Below are positions 56,501 to 62,500 of a stretch of DNA of 64,000 bases, piece by piece; position 1 is the stretch's first letter; each line of letters begins with the position of its first letter. Source of the stretch: Candidatus Omnitrophota bacterium (lineage in GTDB: Bacteria > Omnitrophota > Gorgyraeia > Gygaellales > Profunditerraquicolaceae); NCBI GenBank assembly GCA_026387435.1, contig JAPLLS010000093.1:1059-65058 (forward strand), given 5' to 3'. Under the pieces are notes generated by a model. That model was not told the origin of the DNA. It saw only the letters and a program-made list of their open reading frames with translations, and made no database searches. Both the position numbers and the translations under genes were made by a program.

Positions 56501-58470
56501 GATGGAAGATAAATCCGGTGCGCTATCTTTTGCGCAACATGAATCCCTTCGACGAAGAAGAAGACCGGCCGGGTAAGCCTGATCTGGCGTTCGGGGTGAC
56601 CATAGATCTGAGCGGCAGCATGCAGGGGTATTTTAAAGCGATCAAGGACATGAACGCGCTGTTCATGGCTACGTTCCAGAAGATCGGCAGGAAAAAGATA
56701 GATTACAGCATGGGTTACGAGAACAGGGCTTTCGGGGTGGTCAAGGCATTCGACGAGAAGCTGGGGCAGTCAGAATTGAACCGCAAATACGGGGAGTTCG
56801 GCGCCATCATCGATGCCCGCGGAAGGCCGGAAGATATAGGGGGAGAGGGGATCCATCTCTATGTCGCGGTGTGCGGAGTGATCGATAAATACAAGGCCAC
56901 TAAAAAGAAGAATAAGATCGAGATTATCATTACCGATGGGCAGGATATGGGAGGAGACTTGAGTTACGACATGTCCGGTCGTCCGATACCTTCTTTCAGG
57001 CTGAAACGCAAGCTGGATGAAGCCCGGCACCTGGGGATCGAGATCGTGGGGGTTGGTTTTAATACCCGCGATACCGAGGTCTTCGGAAAGTGGGTGCAGC
57101 TGGACGCGAACCAGGCGGACGCGGTGGTGGAGGCGCTTCTAAAGATCGCGCGCAGAAAGGCGCTCAGCGGCAAGCTGCCTGACGGGAACCTGGTTTCGGC
57201 GCTGAATATCAACCTCAACAGGTCCTGGGATAAAAGTCGAGCCGACGGCGGCAGCGAAGAGGCGGGATTCCGGTACGGCCAGAACGATAATGTTCAAACG
57301 GAAGATTTCGGTATTTCCCGCACAGCGCTTTCAACCCAGCAGCTTGGGCAGATGGAGCGGGGGGACGCGGTCATTACCATCGGCAGCTCCAAAGAATGGC
57401 GGGAAGCGAATGAGTCATACGCAGGATTCGTATTCAAGAATGGGACATTAATGCGATCCTGGGCGGCCGGAAAACCGCCGGCGATAAGCGGTGTTGTGCT
57501 GGCGAAATCCCTTGTCCGTGCCCAATCAAGACAGGAAGACAAGTCAGGGGGGGCGGTCAGCAAATATAGTGATTTTCGTACCGATTTAGAATCGTACAAT
57601 CGGCGTTTTTCTCCTCTTCTGGGAACAAAGATAGAGGAATATGTGATCGCGCAGGTGCGAAAAACAAAACAGATAATGCGGATCCTTGATTGGGGCTGCG
57701 GCGAAGGAGTCGCTTTAGTTGAACTGCTCAAGCGCCTGCCTGAAGATGTGCGTCCTATGGTCAAACTGTACGGCTTTAGCAATATGTATTTCGACGACTG
57801 GAAATTCCCCGAAGCAGCTGGTATCGATTTTATCCTCGATGACGGCCAGAACATCGGCTCTTATTTCGGAGGGGAACTCCCGATCGACATGGTCATCAGC
57901 AATCTCGGCTTGTGCCATGTCGAAGATATCGCTTATCTGGAAAAGATCGGCGCGATCATGAAGGACGAGGGGATACTGTTGACCGATGCTGTTTATGATG
58001 AACAGACCTGGGAAGACTGGCAAAAGTCGGCAAGGCAATTGTTCGAAATCAACTTTGATAAAAGAGCGACAAGATTAATGGCAAAGAAGAAGTCAACTTC
58101 CCGACCAGTCGGTCAGGACGGTGGAACGGCGCAAACAGATGATTTGGGCGGTATCGATTTTCGCCAGATCCCAGTAGCTGGTGAATCAGCGGTGACTACA
58201 GCGCTTACTCCGCAGCTGCAGCAGCTGGCGCAGAATTCCAAGATGGCAGATTTGGACCAGGAATGGAGCTGCATCCGTGGAGAAATGCTCGCTCCCCAGA
58301 TGCCGTACGGGAAGATCAGGGAATACATCGCGGTCTGCCTGAGCAGGCCGGGCTGCCGGAAGAAACTGGACCAGGCAGTAACCTGCATCATCGATATTCT
58401 CAGGATGGAAGAAGATCAGGCTCTGGCTACTAACCAGGAGCTCAAAGATATATTGATGTATTTAAGCTAA
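43552..58470 (+). CDS. Giant (about 4,973 aa) secreted or anchored midasin-like protein. It has an N-terminal conserved module, five or more AAA+ (AAA_5/MoxR-dynein class) modules, a repeat-rich linker, an acidic low-complexity tract, a VWA/MIDAS domain and a C-terminal class I SAM methyltransferase-like domain.
   Basis: One uninterrupted ORF. The start is chosen at MINRILAFLISFCLIFEQTGFA (signal-like), in line with the downstream paralog. Walker A motifs: GPTGTGKT (~46785), GEPGGGKT (~49981) and GETGVAKT (~54557). Degenerate AAA_5 modules at ~45556-45710 and ~53521-54000 carry the family's ...HP.F.hhhT.NP-like signatures. MIDAS motif DLSGS at 56604-56618, with ITDGQD at ~56925. MTase motif I ILDWGCGEG at 57681-57707. 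Confidence 0.85.
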   Translation: MINRILAFLISFCLIFEQTGFAQLAIPIGIPGYLSLLAPVADKFRPIHLRSIDLSSGNGNFELILDKGDLKDIQPRQLEETTKELYRYFQIGLALPNKYFWVNLRPDSPDSMIEPLLAKTDLGKVMLEADLQLKKDLANFTSLQTPEGKLYWDKLYSKASELYNQQDIQIPTLTRPWIVPGEVVIRSSQTGAFVYKATLKVMLEQDYIKDSPAYNFNDPRLKELNGYSSQLIRELIIPKLTREVNSSRRYSQLRQVYYSLILAQWFKSKSFGVAMVEGRVAMAQKTDSQDLSGLTSKTSWSKDTYFQAYKKSFQKGEYNQQEQVNSLNGISIRQYTSGGIQIMDQLKIQEIPGSVADFFTGNQEYFARLSMNSLTGDVNILPASPVLKSGGAQEFDGGKKISQESEKAKDAKRGNDQAFSSVREKFMLLTEAEKEELNRRLRELHQDSLSQTSLNKEESDREFYTITIREQRRFIAVFLDKFCAEIDLEVALRKEEAAVRTLGYLFSKIAGLFAKYLSKKKEIGKNRLEAVKRREIFDRAWQEASRIYLDMFPQPEKRTWNAPANVPAIYAEAYDKLQSCLTTDIPALFLYSLESRDSLDRAFELYQRNNPQVIVERVICTPDSDRMQLIGADMPVSAQDREFSKEKIRFQKGVLYRLVDQAKADPSKIFVLRLEQVEALSAKVWVQLNQFLLTGELWIPETNEKLILPDNLKIVASLSSGLRDSAFYDRFLRKQLNIPDRKSLVDYAVTRFGLPQVLIEEYCNLQADNSDKITMGQLLVLFSYMKGRLADENISANSQRGRAIITEERDLFFRSMARGKENILLAMGKKEEEPGGGNDPDTEMLNEVLEFSTENRLQITADFTPEEIGEIVLKYPADWKNKLKELKLIKEEERDLFFLARRSNEGPLKGINPDDETAMMVLEYGGKIGEVYSRMGELRTYAGLHKIDLSLEEARVIAILAPDQIEGILKGREDVSEVLMLVEMRMAFQSVITIVPGVKNVLVFEPKTGRFMADGVELPIRSELKDKIAEAMKTRDMEQAIREVFKAELGLTLTQDVARTLSAISRNYRYGTRVLRLEGPTGTGKTFMAQALAKMLDIPFYGEPFHAASKQSKLLGALKPDEKADYYMDSDTPFLQILEKGGVVALSELNAAVKDDKARFGWLMVPLARGDEKFILNQYPDGKETTRELTRHPDSMVIIDINPTESYEARGQLPGPLNEVTPAVWVEGRFESQELEDISGDYLAGLAQEDLDYYRGKIAGLHFAIQQELADEDGPWRQEEKEKREKFGGVDITQMLKAGRMSPMKAMKVFGPMFGVKMEGHDEEMAIQKTLAIDAPHIISLRELKRACRMIAENNGKLSREQNLIEAVMFYYGFAFKEIGDQERVERFIRRILAPSAPKWEPPIAIEKFVASGHRVICLVLDPEGADMQELRKAMKNNEIDKLNIERINGWVPLEVAKQGKIVNAEKEYPRLRATIEQLFENDSESFEKSIGFLITLKKQNKPDQGVVVSNELDQKLQELKSAAEQWAGSGNKLVKPWEMLDMIEKEQQRKSGTTVEVMAKVLAGKPPSISKEFAKKLLELRSRPARTSGVAEEIEKELKETPPPFVSSGTNDIPLRTRSVREDIRDWGTNPDRPIVARPDMKSDEYGVMVMDVDGTLIGSRLSGVAEDIEKELIKLMRSAVEPATGVPVDWNQIMLKYLKEPEPPLAEFQDKGLQYYLDYSLFRTKEPTLLSMDAVNDPMAQLRSAAEKRGRVVIEKLNTNLFTDDFTLFGGYIPDSEREAETGEAQLRLADGAMSRFIAQAAKAREEDKNLPEAERRIFVLAFENYHYLRPQIAVALNVILQERVYYPPTSTDRIELPDNLRFFATATNEAEFNLSLAEQSRWARIFFHKPNGPAPQADNDLYSSADPGLAGMLPTVAGGAMPYDNDSISAKDLMRMARVDVEGMLVNKPSRPPSDSGSMTTAGGAMLDILTSASELAEKYLKDAGIKIKIEDNGKITLPELREMKYKRLGSLEEKLKGADDKEISSFAQDDLVPRFTADPKLEQLIEDYCREFPAVDKEEVRVAAEAVAKKKGPGEEPVTIKEVQYTSAEELRNAYKIEPFERQHEPLAEEELMVPTNELLRQESMMVNAMNRGQVIICEGEPGGGKTDMGIDIAERLGLDSYIYSGHAGAHLRDFIGAYTKDEKGRFVLTCLPDKDGHFKVPFLEFYTHGGVYTFDEGALGKYPQALISWLTGIARGEQELVINEHPGQEPLRLKRHKHFHIVITTNPVDETPGRESISVEVLKAARRIWVENKLSDASYQAILDRFYDFYSRQSKVELIADRDGLIGLNIALHKLMQKFVSDEVTLENPERHLLTMRDMRGWVKAFMSELGKGVLLEEAFMTPFELFYLKQFSPEAYALAREQVDSLLLNQEIAKVFNKKALKESNGRPLKYAAAETIRTTPSKTIKSGSAGNVKAQANEQSLIAHEWTGELKVSKEDAVMTDERLKSLQELVASLSFPESSVHFHYGDMAILKGASGEDVFVYTEAGSIMILRKNSAGRFERTEIKNSLQGSGRSFNAFLNERGLLTVVTKEFDSDKITLTREMEPDVFRSKTIQVNGIDHFGLSFKAIQDLQGKLVFADTNEQKSVITLCRERDNFIPKDLMFSGHDLCRRIDLLEDAQGKLTIAVSGEDTLAIMQEKNPDEFEVRELRKSTLSNGQVQLMRDKESKLIIAAVGMLSGTGPKDPLPEKKDGLTILREEDDQTFSESRLEGKIYGSFDAMTDEEGFLSIVSYNPERHSQAGKEELYNSPEIALLKEVSLDEFTRKIMKRPEEKTVTNKVNIFRDQDGSVSFVSGHVGYINIWKDDEAQFTAFGAADPARAKPKKFASSEVVKHTSGPIATKNIGALEVSDVKDYSAGELKTKTVEAVSAVGKVENMSSSVLRELKFELRIEEYPNFSGDKIRVVRDEQGLLTIVTISSADIAIWRQNAEGGFEVSMVKGAQDNWGTQMRVVPGSDGLLYIVTEAEKDDGLKVWQEIEKNKFRITILPRPASGRGFDAFSDDKGGLTIVNSHSRAQDEDSIKNGDSTFDIWEIHKDGSCALRQGVLPAVPTRKKVFLLWAGRDPSGRLQFMCDDPANSNDILICTEVQKDRFSIELLRAGNEDILLAKGAFRDGAGKLNIFGRMSKQGPVLFDQTEQGKFVQTVLDMPLFGASVAVTKNSWGLYSLGVNSKEYESSIGIESKVSLIAQGQDKEFRVKKFRLRENFDEIIAFVDEEGYSTFVSSHEGVIRIWKDDEERFKKAPEPLPDEQEEFVDKGLTIGSEEQVKADLSRVFEYGAHGLLLLEPGAREHQIIREFGKENGYQLLHLESVPEMTDMEIIGGLFPILEDEPRDNGREFRVKPGFLSRHLVPEEQRNEPGKKKLLILHNIDALPERVRAALNNFLIKGYLEIKDDSGRSKRYYLPSGTDIVATISSKSQREFSSAFFNRFVKIYVPSIKVFHRGFSELLQLLMFQCGLSEYEARQLQKIYIMVKALEEGGQFWPSGTDYNFTAKDALLLGEFVRLARQEAGGQLGRKDMERLIVQEALRAYGGRLCEHEEDYTNFVDLILKNIFDHEVVEELSGEVLMEEGRLLALSGVNLPAGSRGLAWDKTDPRYRLTLVPTITRTMSGILRGWQAGRMVSIVGETGVAKTTMGVFLSQLLFGASNGMEHYYIYSTHGESKARDMTVQLRMNREGAFRLEMQEFLKRVKAGNQVIIVDEANMRPEMLWVLNGIARGEKEVSVEIPGEEPFTVEIGDNVYILLTMNPESYTDRGEVPGVLLENVFRLWAPARYAQDEVIRILNDLIDASQQAAVSKRLSLIQARSTLSGAAALVTLEDFIKRVDEIGFDNALEERTIKELRKLERDILAMESVRKKMNKVRSGVAVAVPKTRIIFSILTWWGSTDDRTTIIVPLHELANSKRTPETIIGIVLHEARHQLYSLSHPEMEKVAEPEHLQIVKKEEFHNFWNGLEDVRINYINDPVMAGERAYIKASLDEMCKDLTQEQISEMVKNYEFEMDNIFLFELVFYGRTGRYRNSFASLPEPMQQALRSVIEKNGAEQSLLDQVTNNEQVLPDMAGIQQGKKDFAQERLRSGKVSLGAMCAKIWPIYEKLLKQADENREKAGKKKEGKGGRGKGGGKGSGGQRDGMPSFGRISREELEDLIENTPLGALPESLRGGRSGGRPGRGNPAGQDDAGGGEGSEGDGSEGDNNDDNQSGRPNFMNDEDRDKDADNDLDRKINEAKNKRTEEMKKNEPLNYALSNIPAASKRLADGLVQLFRVPDEPDIEESPSGWKINPVRYLLRNMNPFDEEEDRPGKPDLAFGVTIDLSGSMQGYFKAIKDMNALFMATFQKIGRKKIDYSMGYENRAFGVVKAFDEKLGQSELNRKYGEFGAIIDARGRPEDIGGEGIHLYVAVCGVIDKYKATKKKNKIEIIITDGQDMGGDLSYDMSGRPIPSFRLKRKLDEARHLGIEIVGVGFNTRDTEVFGKWVQLDANQADAVVEALLKIARRKALSGKLPDGNLVSALNINLNRSWDKSRADGGSEEAGFRYGQNDNVQTEDFGISRTALSTQQLGQMERGDAVITIGSSKEWREANESYAGFVFKNGTLMRSWAAGKPPAISGVVLAKSLVRAQSRQEDKSGGAVSKYSDFRTDLESYNRRFSPLLGTKIEEYVIAQVRKTKQIMRILDWGCGEGVALVELLKRLPEDVRPMVKLYGFSNMYFDDWKFPEAAGIDFILDDGQNIGSYFGGELPIDMVISNLGLCHVEDIAYLEKIGAIMKDEGILLTDAVYDEQTWEDWQKSARQLFEINFDKRATRLMAKKKSTSRPVGQDGGTAQTDDLGGIDFRQIPVAGESAVTTALTPQLQQLAQNSKMADLDQEWSCIRGEMLAPQMPYGKIREYIAVCLSRPGCRKKLDQAVTCIIDILRMEEDQALATNQELKDILMYLS

Positions 58471-58475
58471 AACTA

Positions 58476-59504
58476 TGATCAAACAGATAGTAGCATTCCT
58501 AATCTCATTTTGCTTAATTTTCGAACAGACCGGGTTTGCCAAGCTGGCTATTCCTATGGGCATACCTGGTTATTTAAGTTCGCTCGCTCCGGTTGCCGAT
58601 AAATTCCGGCCAATCCATCTGCGTTCCATTGATCTCAATCCCGGTAATGGTAATTTTGAACTTATCCTGGATAAAGGCGACCTGAATGATATCCAGCCCC
58701 GTCAGTTGGAAGAAACCACCCAACAGCTTTACCGGTATTTCCAGGTAGGATTAGTTTTGCCGAACAAGTATTTCTGGGTCAACCTCAGGCCGGATTCCCC
58801 GGATGAAGTTATCGAGCCTTTACTGGAAAAGACCGATGTCGGCCGGATCATGTTAGCTAGCGATCTGCAATTAAAGAAAGACCTGGCCAATTTCACTTCT
58901 CCCCAGACTCCGGAAGGCAAACTTTACTGGGACAGGCTTTACGCCAAAGCAGGTGAGCTTTACAACCAGCAAGATATTCAAATCCCCACCTTGACCAGGC
59001 CGTGGATAGTTCCCGGGGAAATCGTGATCCGTTCCAGCCCAACCGGGGCTTTTGTTTACAAGGCTACTTTAAAAGTAATGCTGGAGCAGGACTATATCAA
59101 AGATTCCCCGGCTTATAATTTCAGCGACCCAAGGCTAAAAGAGTTGAACAGTTATTCCTCCAAGCTTATCCGCGAACTGATCATTCCCAAGCTGACCCGG
59201 GAAGTCAACTCATCCAAAAGATACGCTCAGTTGCGCCAGGTGTATTATTCGTTGATCCTGGCCCAGTGGTTTAAGTCGAAATCTTTTGGAATGGCTATGA
59301 TCGAAGGTCGGGTGGCGATGGCACAAAAGACCGATAGCCAGGACTTGAGCGGGTTGACTTCCAAAACCAGCTGGTCAAAAGACACTTATTATCGGGATTA
59401 CCGTAAATCATTCCAGAAGGGGGAATACAATCGCCAGGAGCAGGTCAGTTCCGTCTCAGGCCTTTCCATCCGCCAGTATTTCAGCGGCGGGATCATGATG
59501 ATGG
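58476..59504 (+). repeat. About 1.03 kb direct repeat (copy 2): the shared 5' module of the two giant genes.
   Basis: See copy 1. Identity falls off after ...SGGI(Q/M)IMD. Confidence 0.85.
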
Positions 59505-62500
59505 ATAAGCCGGTTGGAGAGTGGACCGTGATCAGTAAAGACGGCGGATTTGCGGCTAACCAGCCATTTTTCGAGCGGTTGGCCATAGATTCCCGCGGGG
59601 ATGTTGCTAATTTACCGGCCAGCTCTACTTTAGCCGACGGCGGACAGAAAACCAATGTGCCCAGTGTAGAAACGGTTAAGGCCGCTTCCGGTTCCAACCC
59701 AAAAAAGGCTGTGCGTTTACGCGATATCCCTCAGAAAATCATAGATTACGAAGCTTATTTAGCTCCGCCGTTGGGCGTAGGGGCTGCGGTATTCGTGTAT
59801 TCTATCAGTCCGGTTTTACTGTTGTGGCTGATCCCCGTCGGAATTGCCGCCGTAGCTATAATCGGAGCGGAGCTTGCGTCATTAGAGTATCGTAATATAA
59901 AGAAAACCGATCCGGATCTGCTTTTGATCGTCCGGGGAAATCCGCTTAGCCTGATCAATGCCGTAGAATCGTTGGCATTGGGATTAGACGGGATCTTTGA
60001 TATGGGGGAAGTCTGGCGTTCCCCGAGTAAAGTTTTTGTCAACCTTACCCGGATTATGTACTCTTTGCCGACAGGGCTTATTTGGACCGCCATGGAATTG
60101 GCCATTGATTACTTTAATGGTTCGCGCACGGGTGAAAATATTCTTAAATCCAAGCTGGATATGATGCGCTTTGCGATCCGCCACTCAAGCGGGATCAATC
60201 CGCTAAAAGTCATGTACAAGTTATTTCCTAGGTGGTGTTTTGCCAAAGGCGATGTCGAACGCAGGTTCATGCTTTATGAGACAACGCTGTTGCATGTACG
60301 AAGCAGCGGCGACCTTGAGGCCGCCAAGGAAGACACTTTCCGAAACAATACTTTCTTTGCTTCTGAAGCGGCTTTTTACCACCTGCTCAAACAGTTAAAG
60401 TTGGAAGAGTTCGATGAGACCCTGGAGAAAATTAAACAAGGCGACAACATCCTTTATCGGGGGTCGCAGATCAAGAAAAAGAACATAAGTTCCGATGACC
60501 TGATCAATCTCTATCTGGCAGAGCGCAACAGTATCTGGCAAGTACGTCAGGATAGAGGTTTGACTGAACAGGACCAGGCGCTTATTGATTTTTTCGCCAA
60601 ACGCGGCTTATCCGCCACACCCGATTACCGGAATATGCCGTATTATGCGTTCGTTGTTTTAAAATTGCTTGACCGGCATTTCAAGGATTACTTCAGCGCA
60701 AATGAACTCCTGGGAACACCCAAGTGTAACGAGCTTCTGGAAATGGACCACTTGACGAATGAGGAAGTCATCAAGGATTTGATAGAAGCAAGGATCGTCA
60801 TCGAAAACGGCGATGAATATTTCCTCTCTGAAAACTTCAAACAAATCTTCCTGCGATTCCTCGATAAAAACTACAGCGAAATAACCGAAGCCGAGCTTTC
60901 CGGAGTGCCCGAACACGAAGGAGCGCTCCATGTCGACGGTAAATTATATCGCTGGGCTCAAAACGCGGCATCATCGCAGCGGGGCAAAGAGGCGTTAGAC
61001 GGCGGCACGAAATCAATAATGCAAGCGCAGGGGCAAAATAAAATAAAGGTGATTAACTATCCCCGCAGCGGAGTAATAGCGGAACCGAATGTTATCGGTT
61101 TGAAGAATATCGTTACCGGCAAAGATTTTGAACTCCGCAGGATCAGCTCGAAGAAGAACAGTTTTTCGGTATGGATGGATAATGTCAAACTAAAAAGCCT
61201 TTTCGAGTTTGATGAGGATGAAAAGGAGGTCGCCGTACATAATATGGCCGTTCCGAGCGAGTATACTTCGCAGGGAATAGGGCTTACCGTCCTGCGATAT
61301 TTGGCCCAGCGCGCCAGGACAGGAGGCAAGGATCTGGTTTTACATACCGTATTCAGTTATGCCGTGGCCCGGATGTGCTACGAACATATCAGTAAGAATG
61401 CGCGATACCGGGAAAAGGTGCGTCATATTGAAGATGAGTTCGCCAAAATGATCTCAGTGCGGTTATTGGATGACGGCAGGGTTTTGGCGGACTGGAAGTC
61501 GGCTGCGGGAAAATCACCTCTTACCTACCAGGTTTTTTTATCAAAAGGCGTTTTGGATATTTCTATCAGGAACGAAGATATTATGACGACAGGGGAGGAA
61601 TCCGATGGCGGAAAGGAGTTAGAGGTCGCAGAGGCAGGGTTGAACCGGGATGATATGGAGAAATGGGTTTCTGATGCTTTGGAGAGGCCTGAACTCGCAG
61701 CGGGCATAAAGTCGGATGTCGGCGATGTGCTGGAGATGTCCGAGCAAGAGCTGGGGGGATGGTACGATTATTTCAGGGCGCGCGCGCTCAAGCAGTTGCG
61801 CGAATCGAAATCAGTCAGGATGCTGGAGAACAAAAAAGGTTTCAAGCTCTGGTTCCGGCTGAATGACTTTGACTTGGGTGGGTTGTTGTATCTTCTGGAT
61901 GAATTTAAAGATCATTCTTTGTCGCCGGAAGTTTCTTCGGCGCGAACAAAGCCCGGGATCTTAGAATCGCGCTGGCTGCGGTATACGATGCTGTTTTTGT
62001 TTGGGGCAACGCTATTTTCGAGTTTAGTCCCTCTTGTTTCCGGCTTAGACGCGCAGCTACTTGAAAATCACAGCGGTACAAACAACACCTTTGACCAGCC
62101 GGTTACCGTTTCTACTGAGGTTTTGTTCGACGAAATCCTCTCCCAGGATCGATCCCAGCTTGTGGTCGTGAACCCCTACCTGGAACAATATGTCAATAAG
62201 CTGCTGGACTGGGATAGTAAGGATTTAAAGAACAAAGCTTCTAAACTCACTGTTATCAGCACCCGCGACTTAAGAACTTCCGGGGAATTTAATAATCTTT
62301 TACAAAGCGAAAAGAAGCAAGGCAACGCGGACAGGGTAATTTTTGTCGGGAAATACGATAAATATCAGATAACACAATATCTTTCGCAGGATCAAAAGCT
62401 GGCGGTTGGCGATAGCGGGCGCATAAATAAACTAATCTCATTGCGCGACCAGCTTAATAATCTGACCGCCGGTATGGACCCGAACGCTTTCTATGAATAC

